DNA of 62,944 nt, the filler included, from Pelomyxa schiedti (taxonomy: Eukaryota; Protista; Evosea): assembly GCA_020536535.1 (NCBI GenBank). It is 7 parts of 7 records of this genome, joined end to end, with 100 filler letters (N's around TTAATTAATTAA, not from the genome) between each part and the next. Parts side by side here need not be neighbours in the genome. Positions count along the whole stretch, not along the records: positions 48,608 to 49,646 come from JAHLWZ010002953.1; positions 49,747 to 53,233 come from JAHLWZ010001738.1; positions 53,334 to 62,944 come from JAHLWZ010001290.1; 4 more parts are not named here. One strand, 5' to 3'. Under the pieces are notes generated by a model. The model was not told the origin of the DNA and ran no database searches. It saw only the letters and a list, made by a program, of their open reading frames with translations. The translations under genes were made by a program, and so were the position numbers. Positions 48,608 to 61,810 of this stretch are shown one piece after another. The first letter of the stretch is position 1, and every line of letters starts with the position of its first letter.

Positions 48608-49646
48608 TCGCTGGTGTCTCGGTCCCAGCAGCAGTCGCCCCCTTCGTCTTCATCCGCAACACACACCAGCACCACCACCACCAACGGCACAGCCACTACT
48701 ACCGCCGCCGCCACGACGACTACTACGACGAGTAGCAGTAGTAGTAGCAGCACTGGGGGCCGCCTTAGCACGGGGGGTGACACCACGAGCATGATATTTG
48801 ACGGGATGGTGGTGTACGTGGTCGGTGGGGGCATGGGCATGGGCATGAGCATGAGCATGCGCACGGGAACGGGGAAGGGGGCCGGGGCCGACGTAGCGGT
48901 TGGGGATGCGGTGGGGAGGGGGGCCCTGTGGTCAAAGACACTCAACAACAGGGTGTGCCGTGTGTTGTGCCGTGTGTTGTGCCGTGTGTTGTGTTGTGTT
49001 GTGTTGTGTTGTGTTGTGTTGTGTTGTGTTGTGTTGTGTTGTGTTGTGTTGTGTTGTGTTGTGTTGTGTTGTGTTGTGTTGTGTTGTGTTGTGTGAATGT
49101 CTAATGTGTGTTGGTGATATGATAGGTCACTCATGTTATACACGATGATGAGCCCCAGGATGTGATGCACGATCTGGTTGAGGTTGTTACACAATGCTGT
49201 ATGTAAATTCGGTGTAATTTCGCACTTGTAGAAAGCTTCGGCGATTGGTGCTAGAGTCGTTCACAAGACATTTTTATTGGACTCCATCTTATGCAATTGC
49301 AAACTGGAAGAGTCTGACTACGAATATACTGTACGTAATTGTATTTGAATTGGGGAATATTGATGACAAGCTTGCAAGATAAGAAAGAGAGCTGGATATC
49401 CAGCCGTTGAAGGTTGCACTGTTAAGCTAGCTTCCCTCTCATACACCCTGATTTCTTGTAGAAGAAGACCGAAAACCAAAGAGACCCCGGGTTGAAGAGG
49501 AAACCACTTCAGAACCTCAGGGTTATCCTCAATTTAAACTACCACCTGCCTACACTTACACAAACTAGCGAAATGGTTCTGGAAATCTGAAAAAGGATTG
49601 GTAGAATATAGTGCAGCTGCATCCTTAAAGTTGGATGCCGCCTACA
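48608..49646 (+). CDS. BRCT + WWE domain protein fragment, multi-exon
   Basis: IFDGMVVYVVG..GALWSKTLNNR | VTHVIH..LVE | KASAIGARVVHKTFLLDSI..LEESDY gives a BRCT domain. The last exon AKWFWKSEKGLVEYSAAASLKLDAAY is a WWE start. Confidence 0.65.
48953..49095 (+). repeat. (GTGTT)n microsatellite inside the BRCT-gene intron
   Basis: Pentamer run beginning at the GT donor (48953). The intron ends with AG at 49125. Confidence 0.95.
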
Positions 49647-49746
49647 NNNNNNNNNNNNNNNNNNNNNNNNNNNNNNNNNNNNNNNNNNNNTTAATTAATT
49701 AANNNNNNNNNNNNNNNNNNNNNNNNNNNNNNNNNNNNNNNNNNNN

Positions 49747-52700
49747 AAAAAAAGAACAAAGAGCAAGCAATTCTGATTGACCTTGGGTGTGCAACAAAAT
49801 TCCCCACAAGTGACAGGGCATTTGAGACTGAAACGGTGTCACTCATGTCCATATCAGGAAATCAAAGGCATCGAGCACCCGAAATTATCAATGGAATTGC
49901 GCGATACAGACAGAAGCCAGACCGTGCATCAAAATTGCTCTGTGACAAGGTACCCCCCAGGTCTTTTTTTGGAGTGTTTGTATTTATGGTAGAAATTCTT
50001 TATGTCAATCATATCCACTCTTTCTCGCCATTAAACAGCAACCATCATTTGAACTTGGATGCATTTTGTTTGAACTCGCAATGTGCGGACAACATCCGCT
50101 TCCAGGATACCCTGGTGGCTATGGCCCAAGTGGTGAGGTAACGTTCTCACTTGAGAGTGAGGAACGGTTCCCGATGAAACCACCGGCATTCCCAAAAGAG
50201 TTCTGCAACCTCGTCCGGTCATTGTTGCAGTGTGATCCTGAGAAAAGGATGCCTCTGTTGAAAGCATCAGAGATGCTCTCGAACATTGTTCCACCATGCC
50301 CTGCTGATCTCCTCTCGTTTTACTCTTGTGTTGTGCCTCCTCTGACAAGTGATGCCGGTTTTGAGAAATACAACAAACTGCAAACTTTTCACTTACCCAA
50401 ATACCAAACAACCACAGGAATCCTTACAGTCAAGGCAACGTGTCAGATACTTTGTGGTTGTTCCTCAAAAGACTGTTCCACAACACTCCACAACGCACTT
50501 GAACTCGAACCCCTGTTTTCACCAGCGTTATTGCTTTTTCATTACCTCAGTTCTTGTTCTGTGGTTGACGGCACTTCTTCTTGTCAACACCGACAAGGGA
50601 TCCTCGGAGCCCTCACAGGCAAGATGGCCACATTCACAACCACAGATGTGGAATTCATGAGAGCCATCATCAACAAGAAACACAGAACCACACTTCCTGA
50701 ATTGGTTTTGACAGCACTCTGGACGAGGCATGTCTCCCAAAAAACTGATTGCCACAGCAACACCCAGTTGATTTTGCAAAAAGCACCAACAGCAATAAAA
50801 ACGCAGCCACTGATTTCCAGTTTTCTGAGGGATGTCATTTGCCCACGAAACGAGATGATGATGGAAGCACTTTTTCAGTTGGATGTGGGAAACATTGACT
50901 CCGCCCTTGCCCTAGTTGCTGACGCAACCTCCCTGTTTGATTCTAAGATGATGATCTGCAACAGTTTACGACTGCCCTCATTTCTTTTTTTAACCTCAAA
51001 AAAAAAGGAGAGACCGAGACAAATCAGTGCAAATACCTGCCTGGATTGTTGTTCCTTTATTGCCTTCGTTGTGTCATTAATGATCACGTGGCGTTGCATC
51101 AGCATATACCGCCAAACCTGTCATCAGCTTTCTCACATGCACTTTGCCCCCAACCGAAATTGGGAGACATTTGTGTAAGCACGTTGAAAGTCGTCAATGC
51201 AACTGCATATTGTGGTGAGACATTGTGTCTAAATATAGAAGACGTGACCAGTGAGTGGTGCGACCTTGTTTCCGCAGCAGGCAGGGTATCCCCAACAACA
51301 GGACAACAGTGGGCCCACACTTATTTTGTTGGATTGTGGCGACATTTCTGTTCTGACAACCAAAGCGAAGGTGCAGCACACATTTGGGAGCAACTGTGCT
51401 CAAAGACGTGTGGGCCACATCCTCTTGGCAGCGCTAGTGGACTCCAAATACACTGGTGGGCTTCCTCTATGACATGTCTGGCCAGATGTTTTCGCTGGGG
51501 ATGTGATGGTGTTGACAAGGACAGAGACAAAGCAGTGTCACTGTATCAGATGGCTGCTGATGTGGGTGATTCCCAAGCAATGTATGTGCTGGGTGGTTTG
51601 TACAGAAGAAATGGTGTTGAAAAGGATGTGAGTAAGGCAATTACACTCACACAGAAAGCCGCTGATGCAGGTCATTCCGGGGCAATGCACAGCCTTGGCA
51701 AGTGTTATAAATACGGCCGTGGTGTTGAGAAGAACGTGAAGATGGCAGTGTTACTGTTCCAGAGGTCCTCTGACGCCGGCAACTCCAGCGCAATGCACAG
51801 CCTTGGCTTGTCTTACAGATATGGCATTGGCGTTGACAAGGACACTCACAAGGCAGTGTCACTGCTCCAGAGTGCCTCCGACGCTGGCAATGTCGGCGCA
51901 ATGTGCACCCTTGGTGAGTGTTACGAGAATGGCAAAGGTGTTAGCAAAGATATGCGCAGGGCTGTGATGTTGTATCAGATGGCTGCTGATGCAGGTGATT
52001 CTGCGGCAATTAAGAATCTTGGGGTATGCTATGAGACCGGGAATGGAGTTGACAAGGACATTCACAAGGCTGTTTCACTTTATCAGAGGGCCGCTGATGC
52101 TGGTAATTCCAACGCAATGTTCATCCTTGGCTGGCATTATGAAAATGGCAACGGTGTTGACAAGGACATTCACGAGGCTGTTTCACTTTACCAGAGGGCC
52201 ACTGATGCTGGTAATTCCGGCGCAATGTTCATCCTTGGCTGCCGTTATGAAAATGGCCGCGGTGTTGACAAGGACATTCACAAGGCAGTTTCACTTTACC
52301 AGAGGGCCGCTGATGCTGGTGATTCCGACGCAATGTGTAACCTTGGCTGCCGTTATGAAAATGGCAACGGTGTTGACAAGGACATTCACAAGGCTGTTTC
52401 ACTTTATCAGAGGGCCGCTGATGCTGGTAATTCCAACGCAATGTACATCCTTGGCTGGTGTTATTGGGATTGCGATGGCGTTGACAAGGACATTCACAAG
52501 GCAGTTTCACTTTTCCAGAGGGCCGCTGATGTCGGTAATTCCTACGCAATGTGCACCCTTGCTGAGTGTTACATGAATGGAGAGGGTGTTGACAGGAACA
52601 TCCACAAGGCAGTGACTCTGTACCAGCGGGCCGCCGACGCTGGGATAGCCTACGCAATGTTCAAGCTTGGTGAGTGCTACTGCAACAGCAATGGTGTTGC

Positions 52701-52944
52701 CCAGGACATTCACAAGGCTGTTGTGCTGTGGCAGAAGGCCGCCGATGCTGGCGACGACAGGGCAATGTGCAGCCTGGCATTGTGTTATGATTATGGTGAG
52801 GGTGTTGACATTGACCACGCCAGGGCAGATGCGCTGCGGCAGAGGGCCGCCGGTATGGGCAACAAGGAGGCCGTTACTCGATTGTTGAGAGATAAAGGAA
52901 CGCACAATGACGATGCATCAAGGCAGGACGAAGAGGGGTTTTGA
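49747..52944 (+). CDS. Protein kinase C-lobe + 13 Sel1-like repeats (5'-truncated)
   Basis: AILIDLG, GNQRHRAPE, LGCILFELA, LLQCDPEKR. After an intron come 13 repeats of AMxxLGxCYxxGxGVDKDIHKAVSLYQRAADAG. Confidence 0.85.
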
Positions 52945-53427
52945 CATTGAGAAATAAAACCGTTTGTTGCCCATTGATTTCGCGTGGCGAAACTTTTTTG
53001 ATTGCTGAAGGGATGGATGATGCGGCGGTTGGTCGTATTGTGAACAAATTCGCGACCAACGAACGAGAGTACATGGGATGGTTGCAAGTTTTGGCAGAGG
53101 TTTTTGTTGTTTTTTTTTGTTTTATGTTCTAACGTTGTCTCATCAGGTGTTTTTGTATCCTTTGCGATCAAGTTACATTGCACACGATCTGCAAATGCAT
53201 GCTCTCTTTTCAAATTCCAAGGAACTGTTGCGCNNNNNNNNNNNNNNNNNNNNNNNNNNNNNNNNNNNNNNNNNNNNTTAATTAATTAANNNNNNNNNNN
53301 NNNNNNNNNNNNNNNNNNNNNNNNNNNNNNNNNGTACGATTTTTTCTTTCTTCGCTCCCGACGTCGCGTCCGTCATCGCCCCTCCGCAACCTACTTCACA
53401 CCTTGTTTATTTTTTGTCCTTCGGATC

Positions 53428-54683
53428 TTGATTATCCAAAAAAGCCGTCGGTGCCCTGGAGGACTGCGCACTTGCGGCTGCCCTACACACATACACACAC
53501 ACAGGCATGAACGAGGGAGAGGAGTATCGGAACAAGTCATTAGCAACTTGAGTGTCCATTTCACGAAAACCTCTTCGACGTGTAATTGCATTATTTTGAA
53601 TGGCCGCGCTGTGTCTCGCATCTTATACAACGATCTCCGCGTCGCCCCCGAGGTGAGCACTCGTCCTGCTCAACGAGGCCCCTCAGGCCCAATTAGCAAA
53701 AACCCGGCACAAAAAACGACCGAGGAAGACAAAGTCGTGGGGCAGTGCGAGAGGCTGACGGGGGAGATGCCAGACCAGGGCCTCGAGGCACTTATGGGAC
53801 GGCTGGTTCGGTACCGAGAACTGGCGTGTAGTGCTCCGAAAGTATGTTTGTGATTGGGATTTCGCTGACGCTGAAGGGAATCACTCACGAGTTGGTTGTG
53901 AGCGCGGAATGCTTCATAATGAGAGGGATTTGACCTATCCTGCTATTGCCTGGCGTTTGCCTCCGGTTTTGTGACCCCCCAAAAAAGTACTATACCCGTG
54001 AACAGAAGGTGCTGAAGACTCCTTAGAGTGGGGATTTGGCCATGAAACACCCTTCTGCTCGCACTTCCTGCAATCAATAAGAACTGGCTATGAACTTCCC
54101 TCAGTGAGATTTCTATTCGCAGGCCTCCCCATTCAGTGGATTGTGAACTGGCTCATCGTTCATTTCACTTGCTGAAGTGTCATTATTTTACTCCACAGGC
54201 GGTAGGACTGAGTTGGTGCTGGTAGATTTCTCAAAGTGGGGCTTGCTGTCAAGATCCTGCCCCAGGAACAGGGCCCATAATATGTATTTACACTCTGAGA
54301 TCAGCTGCTCCAGAAATTTTTCAGAAAAACCAAACAAGCTCATAAATCTTGGAGGAGAACCGGTACCGAAACGTCTGTCCACACGATTACAGCCACCAAC
54401 CACTGTGTATGATTGGTGTCAGATCTAACATGTTTTTACAGCGTTTTGGGCCTGACTGCACGTCATGCAGATCGACCTGCCACCCAATTTCCCACCGTAT
54501 TTTGTAATACAAGAGCAACCAGACGAGATCAAGATGTTTTCTATCAGAAAAGATGCTTCTTGCAACTTAGTTCTAGATTTTCCCCTTGTAAACAATAAGC
54601 ACACCGTGATCTTCGTTAAGCGAGGGCTTGGGGAGACCTTTCTTGTAGATTTGAGGTACCCCACTCACAGTCCCTCTCTCTAA
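53428..54683 (+). pseudogene. Unidentified multi-exon gene or relic
   Basis: Several coding-like segments with GT-AG boundaries, but no consistent full frame and no recognisable domain. Confidence 0.25.
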
Positions 54684-55539
54684 CCTCCTTTAGTTCCTGT
54701 GGCACAGAAGCGCACAGGAGAGCTATTCACCACATGTTGGCTCCATTGAATTCTGGATTTGAAATAGGAATACCACTTTACCTGGATGCTAGTGGGATTT
54801 TGTGAAGTATGTTTCTTTTCCTTTTTTGTAAAGTCCCTAAGTCTTCCTCTTACTGAACTGTAGAAGTTTACTTTAAGTTCCAATTGGGTCCATCAGCCCC
54901 AGAGAGGCTTGGATGTCCACCAAACGTGTGTAATCACTTTATTTATTTTTTCTTTCCTGAAAATGCCATTAGCATGCAATTTTCCAAAAGTATGAACTCA
55001 CTGATAGAAGACTTGGCCAAGGGGCCTCAGCAACTGTTTATGAGGCGTTTTCATGTGAGAGATGGGAGTGGAATGCGATCAAAGTGTTTAAGGCATTGGA
55101 GGTTCAACCTATACATTCCACTCCCATCTCAATACATTCCATTTCAGGCATTGTGAACCAAGGGTCAAGCAATACTTTGGGGGAGCTGTGTCTTGCATTT
55201 GGTTCATAGGCCAGAGTTTCCATATGAGTGCTTGGGCTGGTGAGAGAATGGTGAGAAGACCAGGAAACATAACATTTCTGAAACTCTTTGGAAGTGTTTG
55301 AAGCAAAGGGGTATTTACCTTGTGGTGAACAGTGGCCCCCACTGGGAAAAGTGGGGCCCTTACTCCTATCAGCATCACCAATATAGGGGGGTTCTCCAAA
55401 GAAACTGTTGATATCCAATGGGTACCTGTGCAGTCCTTGAGTAGTGTGCTGACCCTCCAGAGATTGGAGGTTATCAGAAATCTGCTCTTTTTTTTTTTCC
55501 TTTTGAAAAACCACTTACGGTGCTGTGGATGCCATCAAC

Positions 55540-57040
55540 AAAGGGGTTGATGTAGTATCTGTCATTCTCTTAAGTACAATAAGACATGATGCCCTGCAAA
55601 CCCTGCAAACCAAGTGCAACCACAATGTCAAAGTATGAGAGGAGGTGGTGGTTGGGTTGCTCCAAGGAGCCCTGCAGTTTGAGGGGGTGGTTGCAAAAGC
55701 GGAGATGAAGTTTGAGTGCATTGTGGTTGTACTTGGTTTGCAGGGTTTGCAGAGCATCGTGTCTTATTGTGCTCCACAATGTCATTCACATGGTAGACAA
55801 TGTTTTTGATCACATTACACAAAATACACATTGGTGAACATGTAATTTGCACTGATGCAGGTAAGCTTCTTTAGCCCTGGCTCTTGCCAAAAAAGGTTGA
55901 TAATGCAACTGTTTCTTCTTACTGATTTGCAAAGTGTACCATGTTTTGGCTAACAGTTACTTCTAGTTGCCCACATTTTTTATGGACCTAGCATCTCCAT
56001 CAAGGAATTGGAAAATGTGATCTTCACTACTTTTGAAGTTAAATAACTTTCTGCAGGCTGTTGAAGTTGCTACTGGTAATCCCAGGCCAAAGATGAAACA
56101 AGCTTGTATGTGGTGCAAACACATCTTTGGTTGATGGCTATTGCACAAACCCTGTGAATGGGAAAGAAGCTCTTTGGAATGCAATATCAGGTGCTCAGAA
56201 ACATCTCCTAATTGGGATCTCTGCACTGCCATGCTGGCAAATGCTAAAGCTACCTGTGTTGCATAAGGATGTTGGTGGGAAAAGGGAAAACAACATCAAG
56301 TTGATTTTTGCTAAGTCTGGGTATCCTGTCAGCAAGAAAGAACTGCTTGGACACACTTGTCAATTGTTTGTGTGTGTTTGAAATTGTTTATGATCTGCAG
56401 TGAGTGCTCCCTTGGTTAACCATACCAAGGAAGGATACCCAGACTTAGCAAAAATCAACTTGATGTTGTTTTCCCTTTTCCCACCAACATCCTTATGTTG
56501 TTGGGACTTTCTGACTGTTAACTGGGTTCTGTCAGCAAGAAAGAACTGCTTGGACACACTAGAGAGAAAAGTTGACATTCCTTACATTCTGACCAAAGAA
56601 AAACTTACTTTGCCATCTTCTTTGAATAGCTTTGACACAGGCCTGTGTTCAGTTGAGAACTGTGCAGATTACTGGAGTGATACCTTTGTACAGAAATGAA
56701 TTGGATGCATAATTTGATGTCTTTCAAAGAGTGGTCTTTTATTCACAGACACCTTCAAGTTCACAGTTTTTCTTGCCAACCAAGTAGACAGTGAGGCCAA
56801 AAAAGCTGATAAATGTGGCATTCTCTCTTGGGTTCAACAAACACAGATGTAACTGAAGATGTGGTTGGCATTGGAAGAAAACCAGTGATTAAGAAACAAA
56901 TGGTATCACAGGATTAGAGGGGTGGTTGAAAAAGCTGAGATGAAGTTTGAGTGGTTGCATTTGGTTTACAAGGTTTTCAGGGCCTCGTGTCTTATTGTTG
57001 TCAAAGGGGTTGATGTAGTATCTATCGTTCTCCTGAGCAC
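55540..57040. repeat. Scrambled inverted/direct repeats with a CCHC zinc-knuckle relic
   Basis: Inverted repeat ~55576-55628/55720-55771. Perfect 66-bp inverted repeat 56262-56327/56432-56497. 32-bp direct repeat at 56326/56529. Rearranged copy at 56915-57040. Confidence 0.75.
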
Positions 57041-57172
57041 TTTACAGGGCTGGTCTCCCTCTAGAATCGTGGGTGTGCCCACATTCCCTCAACTTGATCG
57101 ACTCGAGGAGGGAAATCATAAGAGAATCCAGTCGATCAAGTTGGTTGTTGACAAAACAAACAACCAAAGCGA

Positions 57173-60037
57173 ATGATACGTTTTACGGACGGGCTGGTAA
57201 TTCGTAGCTTGTTCTCGAATCTGTGCATTGTTAACAATGTGAGGCCACGGGACACTACCAGGAAGTGTGCCGTGTTTGAACTTTTATCCTCCGCCGAGTT
57301 TCCTGGAGAGAAAAACTTGAACATCGTTTTTGTAATTGACATGAGTGGCAGTATGGGAAGCCGGTGGGACAACAAGTACTGCTTTTTTTTTCAAACTGTT
57401 GTAACCAAGAAAACAAAAAAAAATATAGCGATCCTATTACACGTGCTGCCTCGGTGAAGCGGTACTTGCAGGCAATGGTCAACGTACAAAGGTTGTTTCA
57501 CGTAAGAGATTACCTGGCTGTAGTTTCTTTCGGGGATTTGGCTACAGTTCATGTTGTGGGTACTCTTCTAGAAACTGTGTGTATCATCCAGTCTAAACAG
57601 GATCGATTCATGGCACTCCAGGAAGAACAAATAGCAAATGTCAAAGAGGAAATAAGCCAGCTTCCTTTTGTCCCAGACGGAAATACCAACTTCACATCAG
57701 GTCTTGAGGAGGCAGTAGAACAACTTAGGAATGCCCCAAGGTAAGCCAACACAAGAGGTTGTGGCACCCTTATAGTCGGTAAAGGGACAACAATTCTATT
57801 ATCATAGCTCTTTCTGATGGTGGCCTAGACGAAAACGAAGCGCAAGTCTCGGCCCTCATTAGTCGTTATCTTGAGTATCCTTTTAGCTGTATCTGCATTC
57901 CTTTTGGGCGAGATGGTGACCTCAAACTTTCCTCCATCACAACGGGTCTATCAGGCTACACCAATGTATCTTTCAGCTTTCTTATATTTCAAGCTTGTTA
58001 AAGTACCCCAAGATGCCCCTAGAAACTAACTCGGAGAAAATGCTTGCTGAGACATTAAAACTTATTGCGTTCTACCGTACTGTATATGTGCAGCAGGTTC
58101 GATGTGATATCCGACCCACAAATCCTTCCATAAAGTTCCTCTATGAACCTATTCAAACAAAAGAGCTACTTCCAGCATCCTGTCTCCGCTACAATGAAGG
58201 CGGTGTGTCACTCATTGTACGGGACATTCCGTTCGTTTTAAACAAACTGGAAAAAAACCCCACCGACTTGCGGGTCATAGCCGTGCCTATGGTCGGACAC
58301 TTTGAACCTAACGGCCTTGCAGCCACTCTCACCTGTAGATGGAGCACAGGGACCACACCTCACAGGGCTGGAATAGGGGCCTTTTATAGTCACCCTGAGA
58401 AAAAATGTTTTGCCATGCAGAATATCAACCACCAGTACCGGCTCACTAAAGCACTTCTGGTGCAGCAGAACAGAACCAAGACTGAAGCACTAGATATCTC
58501 CCACATAGCACAAGGCATAATGCGCGAATATTTGCGTGGTCTCAGTGGCTCCGACGCAACTCTGGTTGAGGACAAAAATGACTACCCCTAACTCCAACAA
58601 AACCACCAAATGCACCCACTCTTACAAGGTGGTGGAAGAAAACAGACTTTTCTTTGGGTGGCAGTTCCGCATTCTGGGTACCTGAACAGAATTTCCAGCA
58701 CACCGGAGACGACCAATTTGCCGGAAAGCAAAAAAAAAAAAAATGCTTTCCGGGGTGGCGGGTATTTCTTGGGAGGAAGACGATTTCTGGGAGGTCGGTC
58801 CTCTTTTATTCAAGCTAGTGTATATATTTTATTTCTTATCCTTTACTAAAGGGAATCGCAGCCATTGACAGCTACACCGACAACGCATTTGACTTCTTGG
58901 GGTCATTCAAAACCGACGTGGAAAGAGAGTTTTTCAAAAACTCCTTTGTATCCAGTGTAGTGCTACTCACACCTACTCCGGAAAATACTATTGCACCACT
59001 GTATGTGAACAAAGCACTGAACACGCAAGTGGAAGCAGTGATGCCAAATCTGATGAGGGAATTCCACAGGCTCAGCAAGGAGATGACAATCACGCCAGTT
59101 GCCAGTTTACCACCAACTTCCAGAGAAATGCAAGTTCCTTTTTGGGCTACTTATTCAATATAACTTCGAGAACAAGGCTCACTATGCGAAAGGAGAATGA
59201 AGATTTGAGAAACCAACTTACTCAGAGCCACAGAAGAGAATGGTATGTTGCCGATACAATTAATTCTTCATCTCAATTAAAAATCAAGGAAGCTGCAAGT
59301 GGAACTTTCTGATATGCGAAGAGGGAGATCCAAATCTCGGTCTCTTGTTCTTAATAACCATCCAGCTTCTCCCTTTGAGCCCACATTGTTGGAGAAATCG
59401 TAATACAATACCCTTTGACTGCTCTCACATGCTTTAGATACAAAGCGCAACTTGACAGAAAATTTGCACACGTTGAAAACCTAGAAAGTAGAAATCAAGA
59501 ACTTGAAATAGGCAATATGAATTTACATAGGTATTAATTACACCAGGAAAATGAATTTTACATCCAACCAGGCAAATTGAGATGGCATCCACTCGGCCTA
59601 CACAAGCTGCTGTGGACCTAAGTAATCTGATAAGAGATGTAATTCATCACCTATCTTTCATTCTCTTACTCCAAAAGAGAGATGTACTGCACAACAAACT
59701 GTGCTCATTGGAGGCTTCCATTAAAGAGCTTGAAGGGCGAAATGGAGTTCTTACCCGTGAAGTGTCATACCGCACCAGGGAGTTACAGCTCATGACACAT
59801 GCCCACCACACACCGCTCCCATCAACATTAACTTCAGGGTTGAGTTCACACACAAACACAATGACAAGAGAAAAGGCTTTCTCTGTTACACAGCACCTCA
59901 GTTCCAGAAAACCACCACTACCTGTCAGACAGACACGGCCCCAAACAGCCCATACAACACCCACAACCCCACACACCACCATTTCACCACGCTACTCAGC
60001 ACCCCGACAAGTTCACTCCAACCAGCACCACTTCTGA
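57173..60037 (+). CDS. von Willebrand factor A domain protein with C-terminal coiled coil, multi-exon
   Basis: NIVFVIDMSGSM (MIDAS), LAVVSFGDLA, GNTNFTSGLEEA, IIALSDGG. Linkage to the 3' exons is inferred. Confidence 0.75.
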
Positions 60038-61442
60038 TTCCAAATCAAAAGAGGCTCTATGTGCTTTCCCAAAAAGGTATGGCCACCTGCACCACAAAAC
60101 AAAAGAGAAAATGATTATTTTGTTGCACCAATTCAGTATTACCTCTGGACATCACTCACAACCCTCCCACACACCCAAAACCAGGGTAGACTTTTTTTTA
60201 GCAAACTTTGGCTGCTTCTTTACTCAAATTAAAAGGGTTTTCCTGAGACTGTGGGGAAGATTGTCTGAACAATTGTTTTTTTCGAGCCTTTAGCACTGTG
60301 AATGCCGATGGTTGAATCAAATCCACATGCCGTGATCGTCGCAGCCAGCAACAATGTTGCATTACATGTGCATATCTGGGTCAAAGTGTGGCTGTTTTTT
60401 TCATGTCAAGTTCCTGTAAAAACAGCCATGTGCAAAACAGCTGCCCCCAAGGGTGGCTGTCTGAAGTGCTGTGGGAAGTGGCTAGCACAAAAGGTGTCCC
60501 CTGTTGTGCAGAACAGCACAGGAAGGTTGTAAATATGAGTGTGTTTGTTTTGGTTGGAAAAGCCACCTTACAATTAACAATTAACATCCTGGTAAACACA
60601 TGATAGAACAGAGAAAATGGCAGTAAGTGGCCTCCCAAGCCTCCCATTCCCAAGCAGATCCTTGTTCATAAACAAAAAAGAAACTGAGTTTTTTTTCTGT
60701 AGTGGAATCTCCTTTAACCCTACAACAACAATTCCAACAACTACATAACTCAAAGCACATTGCTCACCCAGCAAGTAATTGCCTATGTTAAATAATTAAG
60801 GAAATATTTTTTTTAATAATTGATGTAGGACCAACGTTTAGTCTCTGTTGCAAGAAGATGAATCTAGAGAAAGAAGAGTGTGAATGTTCCAGAGAAAGGC
60901 ATTTCTTTCAAGAACAAATCACTAAGTGTGAAGATTGCTCAATTGGACAAAGATAATGCAGCACTAATGGAGCCTTAGTTTAGATCATGTGCTTGTCAAA
61001 GGTTTCATTGATGGTTGCGTATTTGGCATGTTTCAGTGATCACTTGACACATGCAGAAGAACTGTGCAAACCACTCAAAGCTTGTGCATTGGGTCATACA
61101 CAAGCTTTGAGTGCAGTGATGCATGGTTGCATTGTGCAAAGCTCACTGATGCCATACACCAGGGATGACATGTATGCTTTGTTGAGTACAAAGTTGAACC
61201 CATCTGTTCATTATTGGTGTGAGCATCAGATCTATGCACCTCCAGCAAGAACTTGCAGAAGCCATGAACAGGCTACACAAATGCTTGAAAGAGACATGTT
61301 GTCAAGGACAACTGTCATCAGTACTGATGGTAGCAATTCCTGGGAGTGTCTATTAAGTCAATTAGTGGCCTTAGTGACTTTGTCCACAGTGTTGTGGTAT
61401 TAGATAATATGCTTCTGCAATAATAATATCTAATATACATAT

Positions 61443-61484
61443 ATAATATAATATAATATATAATATTATATTATATTATATTAT
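61443..61484. repeat. Perfect 42-bp AT-only palindrome
   Basis: 21-bp arms centred at 61463/61464. Confidence 0.85.
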
Positions 61485-61703
61485 TGCATGGAATCCCCAG
61501 AAGTTCTGTGGTTTGGTAAGTATGGAGTGCAGATGTTGATGTCGAGAATATATCTATTATCCTGTGAGTAATAAATGTGGATGTCACACCATTCATTGCA
61601 ACAACTTTGTAGTAAAAAAAAAAAGGTTTTTTTTCCATCACAAGTTTTGGTTTCCATGGTATTGGAGAGTCTATATGTGAGTGGGAAGAGGAGAGCTATT
61701 GGA

Positions 61704-61810
61704 GAGCTTGAAGGGGAAGAATAAGAACCAGAAGGCAAAGAATGGGAGCTGAAAGGGGAAAAATAAGACCCAGAAGGTAAAGAATTGGAGCTGGAAGGCA
61801 TAGAATAAGA
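61704..61810. repeat. ~42-bp purine-rich tandem repeat, ~2.5 copies
   Basis: GAGCT-GAAGGGGAA-AATAAGA-CCAGAAGG-AAAGAAT unit. Confidence 0.7.

Noticed and set aside
60388-60530. Cys-rich stretch resembling a zinc finger
   Set aside because: Needs two frameshifts to assemble and has no supporting context.
60987-61403. 138-aa ORF
   Set aside because: No motif, lies in a decayed CpG-poor region; cannot be supported as a gene.
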